A stretch of DNA of 64,000 nucleotides from a virus: IMG/VR virus record IMGVR_UViG_3300021256_000005, one strand, 5' to 3'. Below are positions 55,818 through 64,000 of this stretch, one piece after another. The translations under genes were made by a program, and so were the position numbers. The notes below the pieces were generated by a model. That model was given only the letters and a program-made list of their open reading frames with translations. It made no database searches and had not been told where the DNA came from. How positions within the stretch are numbered: position 1 is the stretch's first letter; each line of letters begins with the position of its first letter.

Positions 55818-56354
55818 ATGCATAATGTTTTTTGTTTCATCGGAAAGTCTGGGAGTGGTAAAACCACCGTAGCAGAAGAATTAAGTCAGTATGGATATAA
55901 ACAGTTAATTTCATATACCACAAGAAAACAGCGTAATCCGAATGATAATAGTCACATTTTTGTATCGCAGGAAGAATATGATGCGATTCCGTCAAAAGAT
56001 AAATGCGCAGAGGTGTGTTTCGATGGTAATTGGTATTGTGCTACAGTTAAACAGTTATTAAATTGTGATATATACGTGGTTGACCCGATTGGGTTTCAGC
56101 GATTAAAAACATATGTTACAGATAACAAAATTCCTGTCAGACTACATTCCGTCCTGTTTGATGTTCCAACGCAGATTTGTATTCAGCGCATGAAAATTCG
56201 TGGTGATTCACTCGACATGATTGAACAGCGAGTTGAACATGATAAGAAAGTCTTTGAGCCAGATTTAAAGTATCGAGTGAACTTTGCCGTGAATGGTACG
56301 ATTATGTCAGTCACTCAGCAGTTAAGAATGATTATGGAGTTGTTTGATGCATAG
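55818..56354 (+). CDS. guanylate-kinase-like nucleoside monophosphate kinase
   Basis: P-loop GKSGSGKTT and YTTRKQRNPNDNSHIFVSQEEYD (TTR..R....Y.FVS..EF pattern). Confidence 0.65.
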   Translation: MHNVFCFIGKSGSGKTTVAEELSQYGYKQLISYTTRKQRNPNDNSHIFVSQEEYDAIPSKDKCAEVCFDGNWYCATVKQLLNCDIYVVDPIGFQRLKTYVTDNKIPVRLHSVLFDVPTQICIQRMKIRGDSLDMIEQRVEHDKKVFEPDLKYRVNFAVNGTIMSVTQQLRMIMELFDA

Positions 56355-56781
56355 AACAAAAAGAATTTATTTGGCGGGCGGTATTCAGAAATTTTTCGAT
56401 AATGACAAAATGACAGAAGCAAAAACTTGGCGAGAAGAAATTGCGGAATTATATAAAGATAATGACGAGATTCAGATTATTGATCCAGTAAAATTGTTTG
56501 AGTTTCGTAATGATTATTCGCTTGGTAAAGAACGTATAATCTTAGAGCAGGAGTTTGAACTGATACAAGAATCAGATCTTGTAGTGGCATATTTTAATGA
56601 TCCTAAGTCGTTAGGAACAATGTCTGAAATTACTGCGGCATATGTTTATGGCGTTCCTGTAGTTGGAGTTACGAATAATATTTATGCGTGCGTGAGTCTA
56701 CACACATGGCAGAAACTTTTGTGTAAGTATTTAGTCTATTGGGATGAAGTTAAGGATGTAATTGATTATGCGATTAAGTAA
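56344..56781 (+). CDS. nucleoside 2-deoxyribosyltransferase-like protein
   Basis: RIYLAGGI at the N-terminus and SLGTMSEITAAYVYGVPVVGV, matching the NDT-family pattern. Confidence 0.5.
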   Translation: MMHRTKRIYLAGGIQKFFDNDKMTEAKTWREEIAELYKDNDEIQIIDPVKLFEFRNDYSLGKERIILEQEFELIQESDLVVAYFNDPKSLGTMSEITAAYVYGVPVVGVTNNIYACVSLHTWQKLLCKYLVYWDEVKDVIDYAIK

Positions 56782-56865
56782 AACAGAAATTTATTATTGA
56801 GTGTCGTTCAATTATAGCAGTACCATTTCTTAGATGAATGGTATAGCACAGTATGGAGGTATTAT

Positions 56866-57042
56866 ATGCCAGATATTACAATGTGTATTTCAGAAATGTG
56901 TCCAAGAAAGCATAGATGTTTTCGTCATGAAGCACAGCCAAAAGAGCGTTGGCAGTTTTATTCTGATCGTCGTCTATACGGATGTAGGAAACTTAGTGGT
57001 TACAAAGATTATATTCCGATAAATAGTAATTCAAAAAAATAA
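56866..57042 (+). CDS. small Cys-rich protein (58 aa), paralog of 34027-34209
   Basis: MPDITMCISEMCPRKHRCFRHEAQPKERWQFYSDRR...GYKDYIPI, RBS ggaggt. It replaces the out-of-frame track ORF 56834-57022. Confidence 0.6.
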   Translation: MPDITMCISEMCPRKHRCFRHEAQPKERWQFYSDRRLYGCRKLSGYKDYIPINSNSKK

Positions 57043-57057
57043 AGAGAGGGCAAAAAA

Positions 57058-57504
57058 TTGAATCATTTTGCAAATCAAATCTTAGAAAATATCTGGAAGG
57101 ATAGATACCAGAAGAAAGGAGAATCTTATGAAGAAAATCTTTGCAGAGTAGCAGATTATTGCGGAAAGACAAGTAGAGAAAAAGACGAATTTTTCAATGT
57201 AATGTATAAAGGGTTGTTTTTTCCTGCGGGTAGAGTAATGAGCAACTCTGGGATTGGGAAGAAACTAACCCTTAATAATTGTTTCGTAGCACCACCTATT
57301 GAAGATTCAATTGATGATATTTTCCAGAAAGTATCCCTTGGCGCAAAAACGCACCAGTCGGGTGGTGGCATAGGTTATGATTGGTCTAATTTACGTCCTG
57401 CGGGATGCCCCACATCAAACGATGCAATAGCGTCTGGGGCATTGTCATTTATGGATGTATTTAATGCTCAGACCGAAACAATAATGGCTGGTGGGCGTAG
57501 AGGT
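57058..57504 (+). CDS. nrdJ: class II (B12-dependent) ribonucleotide reductase NrdJ, exon 1
   Basis: LNNCFV, GGGIGYDWSNLRPAG. Ends ...IMAGGRRG at a complete codon. The stop at 57508 is intronic. Confidence 0.8.
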
Positions 57505-57847
57505 ATATAATTGTGCCTCATAACTATGTGAACGTAAGCAAAAACGGTGTACGGAAACGTGCTAACGGTATCAGCGAACTAAGACTTTTCATTGAAAGCT
57601 ACAGCAGATAATGGAATTAACACAAAGACGAATAAGCTGACTAAGAAACCCTAAACCTGCAATATGGTGAGATCAAGGGAATACCGTGTTAAGTTTATTT
57701 AAGGAGATAATATAATCCTTAAATAAAAAAATGTATCGACTATCCCGCAAGGGAGTAGGGCAGAGATTAGCACTGTCCGAAGCGCATAGCCATTCTAATG
57801 AATGTGAAGATATAGTCAGGCTTGCACGAAAGTGTCAAGATTAAACG
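57505..57847 (+). mobile_element. group I self-splicing intron (no homing endonuclease ORF)
   Basis: Exon 1 ends in U and the intron ends in G. P1: exon gaggU (57500-04) pairs with intron Gcctc (57515-19), with a U-G wobble at the splice site. P10: ttgt (57511-14) pairs with exon 2 gcaa (57848-51). Splicing restores GGRRG-ANMG. Confidence 0.75.
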
Positions 57848-60196
57848 GCAAACATGGGAGTGATGAACATTTATCATATGGATATTATGGATTTCATCAC
57901 AGCAAAAAGTAAAGACGAAAAACGATTAAACCATTTTAATTTATCAGTCATGGTTGATGATGCTTTTATCGAAGCAGTAAAAAATGATGATACTATTTTT
58001 CTGCATCATCCTGTATATGATAAAGATGGAAAAATCGAAAACAATCCAAACAACTGGATTTATAGCAAAGAAGTTAAAGCTGTTGATATTTGGAACGAGG
58101 TGATGAAACAGGCGTATAACACAGGTGAACCTGGAGTTCTGTTCTATGACAATATGAATAAAGACAACAATATTTATTATATTGAAAATATGGTTTGCAC
58201 AAATCCTTGCTTCTCTGGTGATATGAGGTTATTAACGGTCGATGGGTACAAAACATTCAAAGAACTCGATGGAACTGCACCTATGATTGTTAATTTTAAA
58301 GGTAAAATTGTCAAGAGCAAAGTTTGGTGTAGTGGTGTAAAAGACACCGTTATTGTATCAACAGCGAATAGTTCTGTAGTTTGTACGCCAAATCATAGAT
58401 TTATGACTCCGAATGGAGAATGTGAAGCACAGAATTTAAAAGTTGGTAGTACAGTAGTGTCTGCTGATTATACACATCATAAAATTCTGAGTGATTTGAC
58501 ATTATTTGAGGATGAAGTTGTATCCGTAAAACCATATAAAAAGATGAAGGTTTATGATTTTGAAGAACCAGAAACGCATTGGGGAATTGTGGAAGATTTT
58601 GTTGTACATAACTGCGGTGAGTATTTAGCAGGAACAGTTTACGGTAACAATCCAATTACTAATGAACCATTAAAACGTGAAGATTATGGTGGTGCTTGTA
58701 ATCTCGGAAGTCTGTTCTTACAGAACTTCGTGGTAGAACCTTTTACAAAAAAGGCGCATATTGACTACGGCGAATTAAAACGAACAATCAATACGGCAGT
58801 AAGATTCTTAGACAATATCATTGACATCAATCATTTCCCAAATAAGATTTACGAAAATTATCAGAAAGCCTTTCGTACCATTGGCCTTGGTGTAACTGGA
58901 TTAGCGGATATGCTTGTGATGATGAACATGAAATATAATTCACCAAAAGCACGTATGTTTGTTGATACACTGATGGAAGATATTGCGTTGAATGCATATT
59001 GGGCATCTACACAATTAGCGAAAGAAAAGGGGTGTTTTCCGTTTTGTGATAAAAATAAATTTTTGCAAAGTGGATATATTTTAAAACATCTCAAAGGAGA
59101 TCATAGCGAAGAATGGAAAGATGTTGTTGAGGAAATAAAAAAATACGGTATTCGCAATGCAAGGTTAATTTCCGTTGCTCCCTGCGGCACCATCTCTCTT
59201 ACATTCGGCAATAACTGTTCCTCTGGAATTGAACCAATCTTTTCACTGGAATATGAACGTAAGGTGAAGTTTGGTGGACAGAGCGATGATGATATTCAGA
59301 TTGTAAAAATGCAGGATTACGCATATGGCAAGTGGTTACAGGTCAAAGATGATCCAGACTGTATCGTTAAAAAGGATTGTTTTATTACTGCACTTGAAAT
59401 GACTGTCAATGAACATGTGGATATGCTTGCTAAAATCGCACACCATGTAGACATGAGCGTATCAAAGACGATCAACGTACCAACCGAGTATTCATTCGAG
59501 GATACAAAGCGTATCTATATGAAATGTTGGGAGTATGGAATTAAGGGGTGTACCATCTTTAGACCGAATGAAATTAGACAGGGCATTATGGTAACAGACA
59601 ATCAGAAAAAAGATACCGAAGAAACGATGACAGATACAACACTACCGAGAGGGTTTGTAATTCAGGTGGACAATAACTGTATCGGACTGAAACGTGATCT
59701 TCAGACTGGTTGTGGAAAAGCACACTTAACAGCATTCTTTGATCCGATTAACGGTCAGCTACTTGAAACATACATTAGCCGTGGTAGTACAGGTGGATGT
59801 GCGAACTTCCAGACAGCTACCAGTCGAATGATTAGCCTTTCTGCGAGACTTGGAGCAGACATTGACACAATTATCGACCAGTTAGATTCATGCGGTGTAT
59901 GCCCGTCATATGCAGTTAGAACAGCAACACAGCATGATACTAGTAAAGGTAGTTGTTGTCCAGTAGCGATCGGTAATGCACTGAGAAGTATGGATAAAGA
60001 GATAAAAGATTATCTCGGTATTGATGCACCTGTGAATCAGGCAAACATTAAAGTAAAAGCTGTGGAAACACCAGATAAGAAACATACACAACATTATGAG
60101 GTTGTTTCTGCTAAATGCCCTGAATGCGGAGAGCCAATGAGTGTGGAAGGTGGATGTTCCATTTGTAAGTCTTGCGGATATACACACTGCGAATAA
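57848..60196 (+). CDS. nrdJ: class II ribonucleotide reductase NrdJ, exon 2 (contains a mini-intein)
   Basis: ANMGVMNIYHMDIMDFITAK..., active-site TNPC-GEY once the intein is removed, C-terminal zinc ribbon CPECG...CSICKSCG. Confidence 0.8.
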   Translation, partial: ANMGVMNIYHMDIMDFITAKSKDEKRLNHFNLSVMVDDAFIEAVKNDDTIFLHHPVYDKDGKIENNPNNWIYSKEVKAVDIWNEVMKQAYNTGEPGVLFYDNMNKDNNIYYIENMVCTNPCFSGDMRLLTVDGYKTFKELDGTAPMIVNFKGKIVKSKVWCSGVKDTVIVSTANSSVVCTPNHRFMTPNGECEAQNLKVGSTVVSADYTHHKILSDLTLFEDEVVSVKPYKKMKVYDFEEPETHWGIVEDFVVHNCGEYLAGTVYGNNPITNEPLKREDYGGACNLGSLFLQNFVVEPFTKKAHIDYGELKRTINTAVRFLDNIIDINHFPNKIYENYQKAFRTIGLGVTGLADMLVMMNMKYNSPKARMFVDTLMEDIALNAYWASTQLAKEKGCFPFCDKNKFLQSGYILKHLKGDHSEEWKDVVEEIKKYGIRNARLISVAPCGTISLTFGNNCSSGIEPIFSLEYERKVKFGGQSDDDIQIVKMQDYAYGKWLQVKDDPDCIVKKDCFITALEMTVNEHVDMLAKIAHHVDMSVSKTINVPTEYSFEDTKRIYMKCWEYGIKGCTIFRPNEIRQGIMVTDNQKKDTEETMTDTTLPRGFVIQVDNNCIGLKRDLQTGCGKAHLTAFFDPINGQLLETYISRGSTGGCANFQTATSRMISLSARLGADIDTIIDQLDSCGVCPSYAVRTATQHDTSKGSCCPVAIGNALRSMDKEIKDYLGIDAPVNQANIKVKAVETPDKKHTQHYEVVSAKCPECGEPMSVEGGCSICKSCGYTHCE
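58208..58612 (+). mobile_element. mini-intein (135 aa) in the NrdJ active-site TNPCGE motif
   Basis: Begins CFSGDMRLLTVDG (block A), CTPNHRF (block B TxxH), ends VYDFEEPETHWGIVEDFVVHN followed by +1 Cys. No endonuclease domain. Confidence 0.8.
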
Positions 60197-60206
60197 AGGA
60201 GTAATA

Positions 60207-60380
60207 ATGAAAGAAGATCGATTTGTCAAAGATCTTCAACAAATTGCAACAGAAGCGGTCACGAAGGTGATCGCTTCTGCTAAAAAGAATCATGTTGAAG
60301 AAATTAAAGCAGTAGAAAGATTAGGTATGATTATTTCTACGTTTGCGGTACTTAGCGGAAGTCGAGTAAAAGATGAATAA
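60207..60380 (+). CDS. hypothetical protein
   Basis: 57 aa from the ATG at 60207, preceded by aaaggag. Confidence 0.5.
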   Translation: MKEDRFVKDLQQIATEAVTKVIASAKKNHVEEIKAVERLGMIISTFAVLSGSRVKDE

Positions 60381-60425
60381 TTATGAGCTTGTTCAGCATA
60401 TAAAATTGATTGTGGGGTAATTAAC

Positions 60426-61337
60426 TTGACAGAAGAAAAGCCAAGCAATAAGGCAAAACCATTTTTAAAATGGGCGGGTGGAAAAGGACAATTGCTATCA
60501 GAAATTTCAAAGCATTATCCATTTGATGAAAATAAAAATATAAACAAATATGCTGAACCTTTTGTGGGTGGTGGCGCAGTTCTGTTTGATATATTAGATA
60601 AATATAACTTAAAAGAAATCTATATCAATGATGTTAATGAGGACTTAATAAACGCATATAAATGTGTAAAAGATCATCCAGAAGAATTGATTTCGCTACT
60701 CAAAACAATGCAGAAAGAATTTATTCCTCGCAATAATGAAGAAAGAAAGGAATATTATCTTGAGCAGAGAAACTTGTTTAACACTATAAAATTATCATAT
60801 GATGAGTCAAACAACCTGACAAAAGCGGCGTTAATGATTTTCTTAAATAAGACATGCTTTAATGCTCTATATAGGGTGAACAAAAAAGATGAATTTAATG
60901 TACCTATGGGTTCATACAAAAATCCTTTGATTTGTGATGAATCTAATCTGCGTAACGTATCACAGAAGTTGCAGAAAGTAAGGATTTTTTGTGGAGATTA
61001 TAAGAGTTCTTATGATTTCATAGATAGTAAAACATTTGCATATTTTGATCCACCATATAGACCGTTAACTAATACAGCCAGTTTTACTTCATATACGAAA
61101 AATGGATTCGGAGACAATGAGCAAAAGGAATTAGCAGAGTTTGTTAAATCATTAGATGCGAAGGGCGCAAAAGTTGTTGTCAGTAATTCAGATCCTAAAA
61201 ATGTAGATTCAAAAGATGACTTCTTTGATAATATATACTCGTATCTGAATATTACAAGAGTAACAGCTAACCGAATAATAAATAGTAAAGCAAAAGAAAG
61301 AGGAAAAATAAATGAATTGCTTATTACAAATTGTTAA
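60426..61337 (+). CDS. dam: Dam-type N6-adenine DNA methyltransferase
   Basis: KWAGGKGQL, EPFVGGGAV (SAM binding), DPPY. TTG start. Confidence 0.85.
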   Translation: MTEEKPSNKAKPFLKWAGGKGQLLSEISKHYPFDENKNINKYAEPFVGGGAVLFDILDKYNLKEIYINDVNEDLINAYKCVKDHPEELISLLKTMQKEFIPRNNEERKEYYLEQRNLFNTIKLSYDESNNLTKAALMIFLNKTCFNALYRVNKKDEFNVPMGSYKNPLICDESNLRNVSQKLQKVRIFCGDYKSSYDFIDSKTFAYFDPPYRPLTNTASFTSYTKNGFGDNEQKELAEFVKSLDAKGAKVVVSNSDPKNVDSKDDFFDNIYSYLNITRVTANRIINSKAKERGKINELLITNC

Positions 61338-61437
61338 GAGATATGAAAGGACGGCTTAAAGCTTGTTGATTCTATTGTTATGGGTTCTATTATTATTGAT
61401 TGTACTGTTCAATCTAAAAAGGTAAGGAAAAGAAAAA

Positions 61438-61590
61438 ATGAGTAAATTGATTTGTACAGACAAATGCGAGAAATGTAAATACGGCTCAGTTCAAGACAAA
61501 CACCATTTGCATATACTTTGCCATAAACGCAAGAAAGTATATGTATACGGTCAGTATTTACCATGCGAAGATTATCTAAAAGGGAGATAA
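61438..61590 (+). CDS. small Cys-rich protein (50 aa)
   Basis: MSKLICTDKCEKCKYGS...CHKRKK...LPCEDY. Below the track cutoff. The opposite-strand track ORF 61409-61657 is unlikely. Confidence 0.4.
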   Translation: MSKLICTDKCEKCKYGSVQDKHHLHILCHKRKKVYVYGQYLPCEDYLKGR

Positions 61591-61593
61591 ACA

Positions 61594-62100
61594 TTGAAGA
61601 ATGTAGCACACTTTGAGAAAGTATCATTTGATAGATTTTGCGAAGATTGGATGTCATTATCTAATGGTAATACATCGCATGATGCGCACGTTGCTTATAG
61701 CGGTATTGCACTACCAACAAGAGCAACAACGGGTTCGGCAGGACATGATATTTGCACACCATTTGAAATCCAACTTGGAGCAGGACAAAATTGCAAAATG
61801 CCGACTGGGTTAAGATGCGCTATTGATGATGGATACGTTATGTTGATCGTTCCACGTAGCAGTATTGGAATGAAGCATAATTTAATTATCAAAAACACAA
61901 TTGGAGTCATTGATTCTGATTACTACAGCGCAGACAATGAAGGACACATTTGGTTGTCGTTTCATAATTACGGAAATAAACCAGTTCACATTAACGCTTT
62001 TGACCGTGTGGCGCAGGCGGTATTTGTGCCATATGGTGTAGCAGACACAGAAGAAGTAACCGCAAAAAGAACATCTGGAATTGGGAGTACAGGACGATGA
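61594..62100 (+). CDS. dut: dUTP diphosphatase
   Basis: GSAGHDI, GVIDSDY, RTSGIGSTG. TTG start. Confidence 0.85.
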   Translation: MKNVAHFEKVSFDRFCEDWMSLSNGNTSHDAHVAYSGIALPTRATTGSAGHDICTPFEIQLGAGQNCKMPTGLRCAIDDGYVMLIVPRSSIGMKHNLIIKNTIGVIDSDYYSADNEGHIWLSFHNYGNKPVHINAFDRVAQAVFVPYGVADTEEVTAKRTSGIGSTGR

Positions 62101-62381
62101 ACGTTGAAAAATTCAAACAGGCAAACGAATTATTAGCTAAAATGTGCGAAGATGATGAAGGATTCATTTTTGCTTGCGATTTTGATGAACAGGCAATCGG
62201 AATAAAGATGCCTACATATGCTGATTTTTGTATCTTAATGAGTAATATTATAAACGTATATATTAAAAATGTAGAAAAAACAAGATCATTTTCTGATGTA
62301 ATTTTTGAGATTGCCGCTGTAGATAGGATGATGAAAAATGCAGAAAAGATTAAAAAATATTTCGACAACTGTTCAGAATGA
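62097..62381 (+). CDS. hypothetical protein
   Basis: 94 aa, ATGA overlap with dut. Confidence 0.55.
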   Translation: MNVEKFKQANELLAKMCEDDEGFIFACDFDEQAIGIKMPTYADFCILMSNIINVYIKNVEKTRSFSDVIFEIAAVDRMMKNAEKIKKYFDNCSE

Positions 62382-62619
62382 CGAAATAGCTGATACATAT
62401 TATTATGCACGGATCTTTTCTAAACTACAGATTTATGATGTGCTAGAGATAAAAGTTCGTGCAATATATGATGGTTATTTTGTTGGATTAGATACTAGAG
62501 ATAAGATAGCATATCTGTTTAACTTTTCCGATATAGATGAGATCGTATTTGAAAATCGGGATAAAGCTTTGCAGAAAGTATTACTTTGCGAGGAACATGA
62601 CATATTAAACGCAGAATAA
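62338..62619 (+). CDS. hypothetical protein
   Basis: 93 aa. The start is uncertain (44-nt overlap with the previous ORF). Confidence 0.45.
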   Translation: MQKRLKNISTTVQNDEIADTYYYARIFSKLQIYDVLEIKVRAIYDGYFVGLDTRDKIAYLFNFSDIDEIVFENRDKALQKVLLCEEHDILNAE

Positions 62620-62656
62620 ATAGAAGCAATATAATTTATAATAGCACTCTAAAAAT

Positions 62657-63910
62657 ATGATAAAATCAGACAAACTCATATCTTCTGAGACGCTTTTTGC
62701 TTTATGTGACGATATGCAGAATGGTATAATTTCACCAGACATTCTAAAAATCGCCACTAATGATATGTATAAAAGAAAGGTATTAGAAGTACATCATTAC
62801 AAGATTTCACCGCCAACAGAAACGTGCCAATATTGGCAGACGCATTTTGTTGACGAAAACGGAAATAGAAAGCGGGTGAAAAGTGTTTCAGAAGAACGTT
62901 TGTTTGCAAAATTATATCGGCTTTATTTTGATAAAACACAGTATACATTAGAACATGTATTCGATAAAAGAGAAGAGAAGCGCAGATTGATTGGCTTGAG
63001 TCCACGGACAATTTTGCGGGAACGACAACGATTTAACAAGTATGTTCAAAACACTAAAATCGCAAAGTGTCAGATACATCAGATTACAGACACGATGGTT
63101 GAAACCGCAATTTATCAAACAATCAAGCAGTATAAATTAAACCCAAAAGAATTATCTTCTCTTTTAGGTATTTACTATGGTTGTTTTCGATTTGCTGTAA
63201 AAGAAAAGATTGCAACAACCAATATTATGAATACCGTTGATATAAACATTAACGTGTGTTCGCCATCTAATGTATATACAAAAGAACAACGTGTGTATTT
63301 GTTACCTGAACAACAAAAAATATTAAAAGAATCACAGAAAGAATTCGAAAGTAACAATATTATTACACCATTAGCTGTTCAGTTAGAGTTCAAGTTAGGA
63401 CTCCGAATTGGTGAGTTAGTTGCTTTGAAATTTTCTGATGTTTCGGATCATACAATACATATTCAGAGAATGGAGACAAAAGATGAGAATGACAAACCAA
63501 TCGTTGTGAACTACTTGAAAAAGAAAAGTACACAAAGTAACAGACAACTGCCAATTGGACAGTATGAGCTAGGTATAATTGAGCAAATTAAACAATTCAA
63601 TGAACGTAACAATTATCACGACGAAGATTATATGTTCTTAAATCAACATGGTAGAATACATAGTAAAGCAGTAGATTATTGTATTCGCAAACTATGTAAC
63701 AACATAGGAATAGAACCAAAATCTTGTCATGATATTAGACGAACAGTAGCTTCAACATTACATATGAATCATGTGCCAATTGAGATTATAAAAAATTATA
63801 TGGGTCATAGTGATGAAAAGACTACTTGGGGGTATATTTACGATACCCAAACACAGCAAGAATCTAACTATATGATTCAAAAAGCACTGTTACAACTTAA
63901 TGCGAGGTAA
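62657..63910 (+). CDS. int: tyrosine integrase
   Basis: GLRIGELVALKFSDV (Arg), HDIRRTVAST (HxxR), GHSDEKTTWGYIY (His...Tyr). Confidence 0.85.
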   Translation: MIKSDKLISSETLFALCDDMQNGIISPDILKIATNDMYKRKVLEVHHYKISPPTETCQYWQTHFVDENGNRKRVKSVSEERLFAKLYRLYFDKTQYTLEHVFDKREEKRRLIGLSPRTILRERQRFNKYVQNTKIAKCQIHQITDTMVETAIYQTIKQYKLNPKELSSLLGIYYGCFRFAVKEKIATTNIMNTVDININVCSPSNVYTKEQRVYLLPEQQKILKESQKEFESNNIITPLAVQLEFKLGLRIGELVALKFSDVSDHTIHIQRMETKDENDKPIVVNYLKKKSTQSNRQLPIGQYELGIIEQIKQFNERNNYHDEDYMFLNQHGRIHSKAVDYCIRKLCNNIGIEPKSCHDIRRTVASTLHMNHVPIEIIKNYMGHSDEKTTWGYIYDTQTQQESNYMIQKALLQLNAR

Positions 63911-63975
63911 CCAATAGTAACCCAAATTATAATTGGCACAACGCAGCAATATCAATGGATTGAGCAGGTTTTATT

Positions 63976-64000
63976 GCGGGTTCGAGTCCCGTCTCGCGCT
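63976..64000 (+). other. tRNA 3'-end fragment (T arm plus acceptor strand), candidate attP core
   Basis: gcggg-ttcgagt-cccgt then ctcgcgc. No matching 5' acceptor strand, D arm or anticodon arm can be folded upstream. Lies 66 nt after the integrase stop. The window ends here. Confidence 0.45.

Noticed and set aside
57505-57847. Homing endonuclease inside the group I intron or the intein
   Set aside because: The intron has no ORF of useful length. The intein is only 135 aa with contiguous splicing blocks, which leaves no room for a LAGLIDADG or HNH domain.
63925-64000. A complete tRNA gene at the window end
   Set aside because: Only the T arm and 3' acceptor strand fold. The complementary 5' acceptor strand (gcgcgag) is absent, and no anticodon or D arm can be drawn in either a 4- or 5-nt variable-loop register.

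Overview
Low-GC, tightly packed tailed-phage genome segment with strong AGGAGG-type ribosome-binding sites and many overlapping start/stop codons. There is no rRNA and no CRISPR array. (i) 1-13571 is all minus strand: partial portal candidate, large terminase, metallophosphoesterase, NifS/IscS-type cysteine desulfurase, HU-like protein, a 926-aa YonO/RdRP-like two-barrel RNA polymerase (DFDGD motif) and a UvrD-like helicase. (ii) 13572-18454 is a 4.9-kb ORF-free hub at the point where gene orientation flips. It contains an AT-only tract with three GC-rich palindrome islands, a 2.8-kb G+T-skewed block that becomes almost cytosine-free, a GTGAG array, operator-like palindromes, three 24-mers phased at exactly 38 bp, and a consensus promoter followed by a ~590-nt structured untranslated region. 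(iii) 18455-63910 is all plus strand. It starts with small early/accessory genes (DUF262 ParB-like, ArdC, HTH), then a promoter-driven cassette (ParB/Srx-fold DndB-like protein plus two recombinase-fold genes). Next come duplicated Cys-rich and DUF modules around a frame-shifted PP-loop (PAPS-reductase/DndC-like) gene, a pentapeptide-repeat protein, and a kinase-HD protein with an RNA ligase and tRNA-Gln(UUG). The replication module holds a Sak4-like ATPase, DnaB-like helicase, primase, Cas4-like nuclease, Pol III alpha and an ERCC4 nuclease. The nucleotide module holds ThyX-like, kinase and NDT-like genes, a class II RNR split by a 343-nt group I intron and carrying a 135-aa mini-intein, Dam and dUTPase. 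The arm ends with a tyrosine integrase followed by a tRNA 3' fragment (candidate attP). The best candidates for something undescribed are the non-coding hub and two ~550-600-nt structured non-coding regions (4136-4684 minus sense, 17857-18440 plus sense). All functional calls come from motifs recognised by eye. No database search, folding program or covariance model was run.
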